A DNA stretch of 64,000 nt from a virus (taxonomy: Duplodnaviria > Caudoviricetes). Location of the stretch: the IMG/VR virus record IMGVR_UViG_3300042975_000096; one strand, 5' to 3'. Within the stretch, counting starts at the first letter, position 1; each line of letters starts with the position of its first letter. The translations under genes and the position numbers were made by a program. Positions 1 to 8,514 of this stretch are shown piece after piece. The notes below the pieces were generated by a model. It was not told where the DNA came from, did not search any database, and saw nothing but the letters and a program-made list of their open reading frames with translations.

Positions 1-1504
1 CAAAAGATTTAACAATTTTAGTTCTACGTTTATCACCAAATTTGTTTTTTAATTCTTCTAATTGAGAAATTATTTCTTTATCGATTAGAATTTCGTCTGC
101 CAATTTAGCTTTACAATCATCAATAATTGCATTATATTCTTTGATTGTATCAAATATTTTATCTCTATCCAATTTAACCAAAGTACGAACTTTTTTATCT
201 AAGATAAAATTAGCCTGTTCTTCATTTAATTTATATTTTTCCATAAGGGATTGTTTTGCTTGAACATCAGTTTCACTATCGATAATGATATTTACTGCAT
301 TTTTAATATCATCAATAACTTTAGTCAATCCTAATTGCTGATTCAATTTATTATTGGTTACATCTAAAGTATATTCTGTACGTCGTTTAATAACATCTCT
401 ACGATGATTAATATAAATATCCATATAATCATCTAATGTTACCAACTTTAATGTTTTATCAACCACTCCACGAATAATGTATGATACCTTTTTCTGCAAT
501 TGAGTTTTTGCATACAAATCTTTAACTAGCAATGGAATATTTGCTGTTTTTTGACACTCTACAACAACTCTTATATCCATGCCTTTTGATTCATCACGAA
601 CACATACAACTCTCGGTAACGCTTTTGTTACAATCAATTCATGAATCTTCTCTAGCAAAGTTGGTTTTTTACTTTCAGGTGGCAAGTCAATAAATACAAT
701 CTGGGGATTTCCATTTTCTTCATTTTGCTCAATAACATAATTTGCTCTGAATTCCAAATGTGCCTGACCTGTTGTATATAGCTCATCAATATTTTTATTC
801 AGCATAGAAGAGCCATATGGCAAATCCGGTCCCTTTATGTATTTCATTAAATCTTTTACAGTAAAATCTTTATGCTGAATGGCATAAATAATTCCATCGC
901 AAACTTCTTTCAAATTGTGAGAAGGAACATTGGTTGTATATCCTACTGCAATTCCTGAAGCTCCGTTTAATAAAAAATTTGGAAATAATGCAGGTAATAT
1001 TTTAGGTTCTGTTGCAGTTTCAGAGTAATTTGGTTGGAATTCTACGCTATGCTTGTTCATAACGTCCTCTAGAATCTCGTAAGAGGCTTTTGCAAGTCTA
1101 CCCTCTGTATATCTATCTGCTGCTTCACCATCACCGTCTAACGAGCCGTTATTGCCGTGAAAATCGATTAATGGATAACGATATGTCCATGGTTGCGACA
1201 TGTTTGCAATTGTTCCATAACATGAACCATGCGGATGATAATTACCACTTACCGCACCTGCAATTTTTGCACATTTCACATATGGTTTTGTTACCTCAAA
1301 TCCAGATTCTTTACAACAATATAGAATTCTTCTTTGTACAGGTTTCATACCATCTCGCACATCAGGCAATGCTCTATCAATAATAGTCATTACTGAATAT
1401 GATAACATAGATAACTCAATTTCATCTTTTAAGTTTCCGTCCACTATGTTTTCATTTGCAATAATTGAATCTATGCTTTCTTTGGTATTCTTCTTTTTAG
1501 CCAA
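1..1504 (-). CDS. gyrA: DNA gyrase/topoisomerase IIA subunit A (3' end runs off the window)
   Basis: Manual translation from TTG at 1504 (RBS GAGGGG upstream): RALPDVRDGMKPVQRRILY, YHPHG, DFHGNNGSLDGD, catalytic AADRYTEGRL, PNFLLNGASGIAVGYTTNVPSHN. Missing from the ORF track because its stop lies outside the window. Confidence 0.95.
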   Translation of the reverse strand, partial: MAKKKNTKESIDSIIANENIVDGNLKDEIELSMLSYSVMTIIDRALPDVRDGMKPVQRRILYCCKESGFEVTKPYVKCAKIAGAVSGNYHPHGSCYGTIANMSQPWTYRYPLIDFHGNNGSLDGDGEAADRYTEGRLAKASYEILEDVMNKHSVEFQPNYSETATEPKILPALFPNFLLNGASGIAVGYTTNVPSHNLKEVCDGIIYAIQHKDFTVKDLMKYIKGPDLPYGSSMLNKNIDELYTTGQAHLEFRANYVIEQNEENGNPQIVFIDLPPESKKPTLLEKIHELIVTKALPRVVCVRDESKGMDIRVVVECQKTANIPLLVKDLYAKTQLQKKVSYIIRGVVDKTLKLVTLDDYMDIYINHRRDVIKRRTEYTLDVTNNKLNQQLGLTKVIDDIKNAVNIIIDSETDVQAKQSLMEKYKLNEEQANFILDKKVRTLVKLDRDKIFDTIKEYNAIIDDCKAKLADEILIDKEIISQLEELKNKFGDKRRTKIVKSF

Positions 1505-1605
1505 ATCTAACCCCTCTTTCAAATATCGTAATTTTATTTTATTTATTTTTTCAAAAAATCATAAACACTGATATTTCTTATTAATATTTTTGCTGTTATT
1601 ATATT

Positions 1606-1637
1606 AAAAAAAGCACTCTGTTTTTTGAGTGCTTTTT
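1606..1637 (-). terminator. Intrinsic terminator after the 2H phosphoesterase gene
   Basis: AAAAGCACTC...GAGTGCTTTT inverted repeat with flanking A/T tracts. Confidence 0.7.
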
Positions 1638-1638
1638 A

Positions 1639-2172
1639 TTAACGCCATAGTTTTATTTTAAATAAAACATTATCAACATATTGCCCGTTCACTTTAAATG
1701 AATTCCATAATGTAATATTATCAAATGGTATTGCGATTCCATGAACATTAATATCTGGTATGTTTTGAGAAGCATCATATGCCATTGTTATATGTGGTGT
1801 ATATCCCTTAAACTTGCTTGGAGCTTTTTGATACCCAACACGATTAAAACATTCTTCCAATTGGTATCGTGCCTGATATAACTTGAAAGAACTATTTACA
1901 CCTATCCATAAAGCTCCTTGTGGGAATCTATTTACTCCACTAGCAAACACATATTGATTGAAACATTTATTTTGTTTTTCAAATAGTTTCATTCCCTCAA
2001 CTACTTTTTCAAAATCCGTTTCATCTTCTCCTAGAAAATCAACCGTAACATGAAAATCATTAGGGTCTTCCCAATCACCTGTCATTTTATGTTTCAAAAT
2101 ATTCTGATAATACATTAATTGTTGTTTTACCATATTGTCAGATATATCCATTGAAAGCCATAGTTGTGCCAT
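1639..2172 (-). CDS. 2H phosphoesterase (2'-5' RNA ligase / ThpR-like cyclic phosphodiesterase family)
   Basis: Two HxT motifs (FHVTVDF, PHITMAY) with typical spacing; 177 aa. Confidence 0.85.
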   Translation of the reverse strand: MAQLWLSMDISDNMVKQQLMYYQNILKHKMTGDWEDPNDFHVTVDFLGEDETDFEKVVEGMKLFEKQNKCFNQYVFASGVNRFPQGALWIGVNSSFKLYQARYQLEECFNRVGYQKAPSKFKGYTPHITMAYDASQNIPDINVHGIAIPFDNITLWNSFKVNGQYVDNVLFKIKLWR

Positions 2173-2216
2173 GCTTTAACCGCCGTCCTTTTTTATGTTC
2201 TATCTATAGAATATTT

Positions 2217-2414
2217 TTACATGGTGGTTTTTATTCCAACAGTTGACTCTTTTTTTAATTTTTTATACATCTTGTGCATTTTGTTTATGTTATTGTTGCA
2301 CACAACTGATAACATATATAAATCCTGGTTTTTATCCACCAACAAATCCATAAGGGGGTTTTTATTTACTTTTGCCTTTTTATAGTATTTTTTTCTTTCT
2401 TTTAACGTAGACAT
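2217..2414 (-). CDS. Small basic hypothetical protein
   Basis: 65-aa ORF, RBS-like AAGGGG upstream, same strand as neighbours. Confidence 0.55.
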   Translation of the reverse strand: MSTLKERKKYYKKAKVNKNPLMDLLVDKNQDLYMLSVVCNNNINKMHKMYKKLKKESTVGIKTTM

Positions 2415-2444
2415 TATATTTAGACCCCTTTCTTGTTTTTGATG

Positions 2445-2550
2445 ATTTCAATTCACGCACCTCGTGCGAGGTGCGAGCCGGACAAGCAAGAGATTAGAAG
2501 AAATTAAGCCCGCGCATTTCAATTCACGCATCCGTCTAGCGAGGTGCGAC
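2445..2550 (-). CRISPR. CRISPR mini-array 1 (type I-C-like; 2 imperfect repeats, 1 spacer)
   Basis: Repeats at ~2445-2478 and 2516-2550 are insertion-bearing variants of ATTTCAATTCACGCACCTCTGCGAGGTGCGAC; ~37-nt spacer 2479-2515; followed by the same leader as array 2. Confidence 0.85.
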
Positions 2551-2751
2551 AGCACCCATGCCGAAGCCTTGCTAGTGCAAGGGCTGAAATGGCACTTTGT
2601 GCGAACCCCTAATCATTTTACAAAATTCATTTACATATCCCCATGCAAATACGTATGAACCCTATAAAACAAAGGGGTGCGAAGCACCTAGTGTTTTTCT
2701 GTTCACTTATGCTTCGCACTTATTATAACATTTCACTTATTCTATTGTCAA
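2551..2751 (-). promoter_or_regulatory. CRISPR leader copy 1 with sigma70/sigmaA promoter
   Basis: Near-identical to 11138-11337. Minus-strand TTGACA (2751-2746), 18 nt, then extended TGnTATAAT (2727-2722) pointing into the array. Confidence 0.85.
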
Positions 2752-2770
2752 GTATTAATATTTAATTTTA

Positions 2771-4472
2771 TTAAAGATTATCAATATCTATTTTGTCAGA
2801 ATTTGATTCAATAAATTGTCTTCTCGGCAAAACATTCTTTCCCATCAGCACTTCGAATGTATCAGCCACTTCTTTTGCTTCATCTAAATTAATGCGTTTC
2901 AATGTTCTTGTTTTTGGGTCTAATGTTGTTTCGCCTAGCTGTTCAGGATTCATCTCCCCAAGCCCTTTAAACCGGTTCAGTGTATATTTATCTTTTGCAT
3001 GTTTTTGACGATATTCCCGAAGTTCTGAATCATCCAACAAATATACAGAAGAATTGTCTGATTTAATAATTCTATACAATGGTGGTTGTGCTGAATATAC
3101 ACGACCAGATTCAATTAATCCAGGCAAATAATAATAAAACAATGTTAAAATTAAGCTTCTGATATGATTTCCATCAACATCCGCATCGGCCATAATGATA
3201 ATTTTATCGTATCTTACATCGTCTACGCTAAATGTTTTGCCAACACCACCGCCAATAGAAGCAACAATGCTTTTTACTGTATCTGAATTTAAGATTTTAC
3301 CAATATCGGCTTTATTAACATTTAGAATCTTACCTCTTAATGGCAAAATAGATTGATATGTTCTATCTCTTCCTTCTTTTGCCGAACCTCCAGCGCTATC
3401 GCCTTCAGTTAAGAATAATTCTCGATAACCGTTTTTATTACTACATTCTGCCAATTTTCCTGGCAAAGCAACTTTAGAAGCTTTTTTTGTCTGTCTACTA
3501 ATGCTTCTAGCTTTTCTTGCTGCTTCTTCAGCTTCTTTTACTTTTGAAGCTCTATTAATAATAGAATCAAATACATCGTACAGTTTTTTATTTTTAATCT
3601 CTTTATCAAAAAAATCATGCATGATTTTTTCAACTGCTTCTTGTGCTTCTTTATTTCCTAATTTTGTTTTTGTCTGTCCTTCAAATTCCGCTTCTGGAAT
3701 TTTAATGGATATAGTGCAATACATACCATCCATAAGATATTTCATTTCAATAGGGTCTTTAATTAATTTTTTATCAATTCCATATTGATTAATAATATCC
3801 TTATAAGCGTTTTTAAATCCTTGTAAATGAAAACCGCCCTCATATGTATTAACATTATTTGCAAATGATTTTATTTTTGTATTTGGTTCAGCTTCATCGT
3901 CATGAATAAATGCAATATCACATAAAATCAATTGACCATTAGGCAATTCATATTGTCCAAAAAATGAAAAAGGATTATCATATAACTTTATTTTTCCTTC
4001 AATCATTTTCATTGTATATCCAGTAATACCATCTTCAAAATGATAAACTGTATCTGTTTTATCCACATCGTTAATATATCTGATTTTAATTCCAGGATTT
4101 AATGATGCCAATTCTTTCAATCTGTTATTTACATGTTCACTAGGATTTAATGTGATTTTGAAAATAGATTTATCAGGATGGTATTTTATTTCCGTTCCCG
4201 TTTCTGTTGTTTTGCCAATTTGTTCAACATCAGAGGTAGGAACACCCCTAGAAAATGTTTGTTTATAAATTGCCCCATTACGTTTAACAACAACCTCAAA
4301 ATTATCCGCTAGTGCATTTACGCAAGTAACACCAACGCCGTGCAATCCACTCGAACAATTGCCAACAACAATATTATTAATGTTATACGTATGTGTATTT
4401 TTTACATTTAAATCATAGATTTTACCTTTGTATGCTTCTTTATTTATTTCTTTTACTCGGAATAAATTTCAA
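2771..4472 (-). CDS. gyrB: Split-intein C-fragment fused to the C-terminal part of DNA gyrase/topoisomerase IIA subunit B (apparent +1 frameshift near 4458)
   Basis: SGLHGVGVTCVNAL, EFEGQTKTKLGN, TOPRIM motifs TEGDSAGGS, PLRGKILN, MADADVDG, RFKGLGEM. The frame extends upstream of the tracked ORF through RVKEINKEAYKGKIYDLNVKNTHTYNINNIVVGN. The RBS (AGGGGG, 4481-4486) and TTG (4472) are one base out of frame. Confidence 0.9.
4358..4472 (-). other. Split intein C-terminal half (IntC, ~38 aa)
   Basis: Block F/G motif IYDLNVKNTHTYNINNIVVGN ending in Asn, followed by Cys+1 of the extein (CSSGLHGVG). Confidence 0.88.
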
Positions 4473-4498
4473 AATTAACGCCCCCTATTTACAAAATA

Positions 4499-5354
4499 TT
4501 ATATGGAATTACAAATTCTTTTTGCAATTTCTCTCATCGCTGGTTGAAAAACAGTTCTTCCTGCACGTTCATATAGTTTAGAATCAGATAAACCACAAGA
4601 TAAAATTTTGTCAATACTTTCATCTTCAATTCCTTGCAATCTAAAACATTCTCTAGGCGTTAATTTTCTCAATCTATTATTGTCAATAATCAGTGGCACG
4701 TTATTTCCACCGAGTACCCATAGAAGCTGTCAATGTTGGACAATATCCTTGAAATCTTCTAAAATTTCCACGTCTGTATTGATAGATACATATTTCGCTA
4801 TCATTTTTTGATATACTTTCGAGGATAGGAAATATTTTTCCGGTACGTTGTCCTCTAATATGTCCGACAATGAACACCCTTTCTCTGAGGACGGGATACC
4901 CAAAATTTTTTGCGTTGACACATTGCCATTCAACATCATACCCCAATTTGTCCAACTCCCAGAGTATTCGTTTAAAGCTTTCTCCGTTATCATGATTCAA
5001 TAACCCCTTTACATTTTCAAACCAAAACATCTTTGGCTTTTTTATTTTCAAAATCTTTGCCAATTCAAAAAACATTTGTCCTCTAGGGTCTTTTGAGGCA
5101 AATCCTTCTCTATCTCCTGCAATTGAAAACTTTGCACATGGAAAACCACCACATAACAAATCAATATCAGGAAGTGTATTGTAATCATAAGTTCGAATAT
5201 CTTTATCGTATGGCATTTCATTAAACAATGATTGATATATTGTCTGTGATGCAATTTCATAATCTGAACTGAATACACATTTCGTATCAAACTTTTCTAA
5301 TGCCAATCTAAATCCACCTATGCCACAAAACATATCTGCATATTTGATAGTCAT
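4499..5354 (-). CDS. C5-cytosine DNA methyltransferase-fold protein 1 (apparent +1 frameshift at ~4712; atypical motif X)
   Basis: Motifs I DMFCGIGG, IV GFPC, VI ENVKG, VIII RERVF. TLTASMGT joins GGNNVPLII-RKLTPRECFRLQG (IX) and LYERAGRTV (X) if one base is removed. Confidence 0.85.
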
Positions 5355-5406
5355 TATTATTTCCTCTTCTCATAAAATATTTACTATACTTTTTAGTATA
5401 TTAAAA

Positions 5407-5691
5407 TCATTTTGATGTATATTTTTTTGGTTTTCCATTTTCATCCAACACATTACCGCCAATAACATATGAGATTGAATATTTAGCATGTACTGCTGTG
5501 ACATAGTATTCATATTTCGTATTTTTATCAGCAACAATATAATAATCCTCTCCAAATTGTTCTACAAATATAAACTGTGATGAGTCATTACAAAAATCTT
5601 CACCAGTTTTTCTATTAACACTAGCGTTCCCTGTACATCCTGCCAATACAAGCGTACACACAATTAATACGATTGAAATGTATTTTTTCAT
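5407..5691 (-). CDS. Putative lipoprotein
   Basis: MKK + hydrophobic stretch + lipobox LAGC; RBS GAGGG. Confidence 0.75.
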   Translation of the reverse strand: MKKYISIVLIVCTLVLAGCTGNASVNRKTGEDFCNDSSQFIFVEQFGEDYYIVADKNTKYEYYVTAVHAKYSISYVIGGNVLDENGKPKKYTSK

Positions 5692-5703
5692 GATAACCCT
5701 CTT

Positions 5704-6627
5704 TTACAAATATTTTTCTACTTGTTTTGCCAAATTCTCTGCAAATAATGATGGTATTCCACTACAACGTTCATATTGTTTTGCTAATGGAATGTTTACA
5801 TCAAAGCAAAACGTATCAGGAACGCTCTGTATTCGTAAACATTCACGTACTGTAAATCTTCTAGGAGGATTTATTTGCGTTTTTCTTATATCGTAATTTG
5901 CTGGTGATGGGTATAACGGCAACTGTCTTGCACAAGAAACGATAGTAAATGATTGTTCATTCCATTGCCGTTGCCTGTTCCTAGAAATATATCTAGAAGA
6001 AAATCCACCATCATAATACTCATAATGATTAAAAGACTCATATTTTTTAGCAGGAATAGGTAAATCATGTATTGCATCATAAAGAGTTTTCTTTGGTAAT
6101 GTGTTAGGAAACTCAAAATTATCATTATGAATTCCAACAACAAAAACTCTTTTCCTGTCTTGTGGAATTCCATAATCAGATAGATTCATTAACTTGAATT
6201 TTACAATATATCCCATATTTTCAAATGATTGAATTAAAAAATTAAAAAACGCGCAATGTTTTTTACTAACCAATCCTGCAACATTTTCAATAACAAATGC
6301 TTTTGGTCTTTTATCATTAACAATACGCATAAACTGCAAACTTAAATCGCCATTCTTTTCATCATGTACTCCTTTTCCGCTTCCTGCAACACTAAATGGC
6401 TTACAAGGGAAACCTCCAATGATTACATCCGAATTAGGAATATCTGATGATTTTAACTTTCTTATATCTTTACACACAGCATTGAATTTAATATTTTTAA
6501 TATAAGTATCAACCGCATATTGATTATTATCAACTGCATAATTTATATCAAAAACATTTTTAAATCCCATTGCCCCTATACCTGCACCACAAAACAAATC
6601 TGTTACAGTATACATATTCTTAATCAT
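5704..6627 (-). CDS. C5-cytosine DNA methyltransferase-fold protein 2 (atypical motif X)
   Basis: DLFCGAG, GFPCKPFS, ENVAG, QDRKRVF, RRFTVRECLRIQSVPD. Motif X reads QYERCSGIP instead of QYxQIGNAVP. Confidence 0.9.
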   Translation of the reverse strand: MIKNMYTVTDLFCGAGIGAMGFKNVFDINYAVDNNQYAVDTYIKNIKFNAVCKDIRKLKSSDIPNSDVIIGGFPCKPFSVAGSGKGVHDEKNGDLSLQFMRIVNDKRPKAFVIENVAGLVSKKHCAFFNFLIQSFENMGYIVKFKLMNLSDYGIPQDRKRVFVVGIHNDNFEFPNTLPKKTLYDAIHDLPIPAKKYESFNHYEYYDGGFSSRYISRNRQRQWNEQSFTIVSCARQLPLYPSPANYDIRKTQINPPRRFTVRECLRIQSVPDTFCFDVNIPLAKQYERCSGIPSLFAENLAKQVEKYL

Positions 6628-7325
6628 CCTTTTATCGCAATATATCCTTCAAAATTCAACATACGCCAAAAAGTTTCAACCTTTGCAAACCCTGCTTGAT
6701 GCAATAATTCTTTATTCCATTCTGAAGTAACTGGAACCAAAACTCCAGCCAATGATTTTCTTTTTTCTTCAATTTGCTCTTTTGAATATCCATTTTCATT
6801 TTTTAATTGATAATAGCTATCTACTAACAAATTATTAATTGTATTACATGAACCTAAAACCTTTTCAACAAAAATAAAAATCCCATTTTTATTTAAAGAA
6901 TCATAAATGTTTTGTAAAATTTGCTGTCTATTTTCAATTGGTGTGAATTGAATTGTTAGCACAGACATAATAATATCAAAATTATTTGTACCAAAATCTT
7001 CTTCTAAAATGTCTCGATTCATGATTTTAATGTTATCTGCGTGTTCAAATCTTTTTTTTGCTTTTTCAATCATCGGTTCAGAAACATCAATTCCTAAACA
7101 TTGGTATTTATTGTTATTTTCAAATGGGATTAAGTTTAATCCATTTGAACATCCCAAATCCAAAACGTTTCCGCTTTTATGTTTACATAGCATTTGTATT
7201 GTTTTTCGCATAACATCATATTGTGGAATTGAACGTTGTAACATATCCTCAAAACAATCTGCTACTTGTTCGTCAAATTCCCACTTGCCATTAACGTGGA
7301 TTTTATCTTTTGCCATATTAATCAC
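6624..7325 (-). CDS. cmoA: CmoA-like carboxy-S-adenosylmethionine synthase (class I SAM-dependent fold)
   Basis: WEFDEQVADCFEDMLQRSIPQY, DLGCSNG, LTIQF and KRKSLAGVL...AGF...FWRMLNFEGYIAIK parallel E. coli CmoA ([41 protein letters not shown] including the Arg199 equivalent). Confidence 0.82.
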   Translation of the reverse strand: MINMAKDKIHVNGKWEFDEQVADCFEDMLQRSIPQYDVMRKTIQMLCKHKSGNVLDLGCSNGLNLIPFENNNKYQCLGIDVSEPMIEKAKKRFEHADNIKIMNRDILEEDFGTNNFDIIMSVLTIQFTPIENRQQILQNIYDSLNKNGIFIFVEKVLGSCNTINNLLVDSYYQLKNENGYSKEQIEEKRKSLAGVLVPVTSEWNKELLHQAGFAKVETFWRMLNFEGYIAIKG

Positions 7326-7693
7326 TAGCCTTTATATACATATAAAAATCTTCATCAACATTTTTAAAAAATAAATAACATTTCCTTTTATCGTTGAACG
7401 TATAATTAAAACTATCTTCTGTATATGGAGCATTAATGTTATTCGTCATCTTGCCAATTTTATCAAAGTTTTTTTCTACAAGAAAATTTTTAATATCATA
7501 ATCCATTGGCAAAAACAATGATAGATATTTCCCTTTTGAACATTTTCCAACGTCTGTATGTATTTCAAACTTTGTGCCCAACCATACTTTCATCACCATA
7601 TCTTACAATTTCTTCATCTTTAGATATAGCCAATTTATATACTGTATATCCATCGCCTTTTGTTGCTTGTTCAAATCCTTGTGATATTTTCAT
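7318..7693 (-). CDS. Hypothetical protein (either a 42-aa ORF plus a 93-aa ORF, or one ~124-aa ORF with a +1 frameshift near 7577)
   Basis: Strong RBS GAGGTG before ATG 7693 gives MKISQGFEQATKGDG..., which stops at ~7565; the tracked ORF 7318-7599 continues in the +1 frame. Confidence 0.5.
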
Positions 7694-7702
7694 AAATCCA
7701 CC

Positions 7703-8446
7703 TCAAAATTTCACTTTATCATAAATAGGAATTTCTTTTTTCAATTGTTCTACATCATCCGTATCTTCTAGTTCAATTAAAAAATCTTCTTTTTTGACAT
7801 TCTCTATTTTTTCCCAATATAATGTATCATTACGTTTAATTAATACATAGTGACCATTTATAGCAGACAGCTTTTTGTCATTTTTCAAAACAATTGAGTT
7901 AACATCACCGTCATAATCATATGAATATACCTCTGAAACTTCGTCAGATTCGTTGTAACAGTTTTTTACTCTGCACCCTACTACTACTTCACTTATTTTT
8001 TTAACGCCCTTAGAAGTGATTACAGGGCTGTTCTCGACGAAACACTTATAACCACTATCACCACCAAATTTACCACCGGCATGAAGTCTAGTAAGAATAC
8101 CTGTTAATGTATCTTGTGGTGAACCATCTTTGTTTTTCCATTCAGGATGTGTTCCAACAGGAATTCCGCGACCTTCATCTGTACTCGTTACCGTTCCATC
8201 TTTGTGAACATGAATGGTAATATTTTCGCCAAATCCTGCCGTATATTCGTCGATGGAATTATCAATAACTTCATAAACTAATTGGTCTATGCCTGATTGT
8301 GAGGTACTACCGATATACATACCTGGACGTTTTCTAACGGCTTCCAACCCATTCAATGATTTAATCTGGTTTACATCATAATCATTTTTCACTTTTAGCA
8401 TTTCTTGTTCTTTAGTCATTTTAATTTTATCCCCTCTCATCGTCAT
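7703..8446 (-). CDS. gyrB: N-terminal GHKL ATPase part of gyrase subunit B fused to split-intein N-fragment (likely start ATG 8419)
   Basis: LEAVRKRPGMYIGS, EVIDNSIDE, DEGRGIP, LHAGGKFG..YK, then an abrupt switch to intein block A. Confidence 0.92.
   Translation of the reverse strand: MTMRGDKIKMTKEQEMLKVKNDYDVNQIKSLNGLEAVRKRPGMYIGSTSQSGIDQLVYEVIDNSIDEYTAGFGENITIHVHKDGTVTSTDEGRGIPVGTHPEWKNKDGSPQDTLTGILTRLHAGGKFGGDSGYKCFVENSPVITSKGVKKISEVVVGCRVKNCYNESDEVSEVYSYDYDGDVNSIVLKNDKKLSAINGHYVLIKRNDTLYWEKIENVKKEDFLIELEDTDDVEQLKKEIPIYDKVKF
7706..8044 (-). other. Split intein N-terminal half (IntN, 113 aa)
   Basis: Starts with Cys1 block A CFVENSPVITSKGVKKISEV; block B-like AINGHYVLI; WEKIENVKKEDFLI; acidic tail; then a stop codon. 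Confidence 0.88.
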
Positions 8447-8471
8447 ATATATTCATTGTATTTATTTTATT

Positions 8472-8511
8472 AAAAAAAATAAAGGATGAAAATTATTCAC
8501 CCTTTATTTTT
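8472..8511 (-). terminator. Probable intrinsic terminator after the MFS gene
   Basis: AAATAAAGGaTGAA...TTCAcCCTTTATTT inverted repeat with A-tract. Confidence 0.55.
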
Positions 8512-8514
8512 CAA

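Noticed and set aside
2771-4345. Tracked 524-aa ORF starting MHGVG as the true gyrB-C start, or gyrB as a simple pseudogene
   Set aside because: That TTG is the Leu of GLHGVG and has no RBS; the frame continues upstream into an intein C-fragment that complements the IntN on the other half
4499-6627. Restriction-modification system
   Set aside because: No recognisable endonuclease nearby; the neighbouring enzyme is CmoA-like
4473-7702. Group I/II intron or transposon as the cause of the gyrB split
   Set aside because: No reverse transcriptase, transposase or endonuclease motifs and no terminal repeats seen; intein motifs at both junctions explain the split
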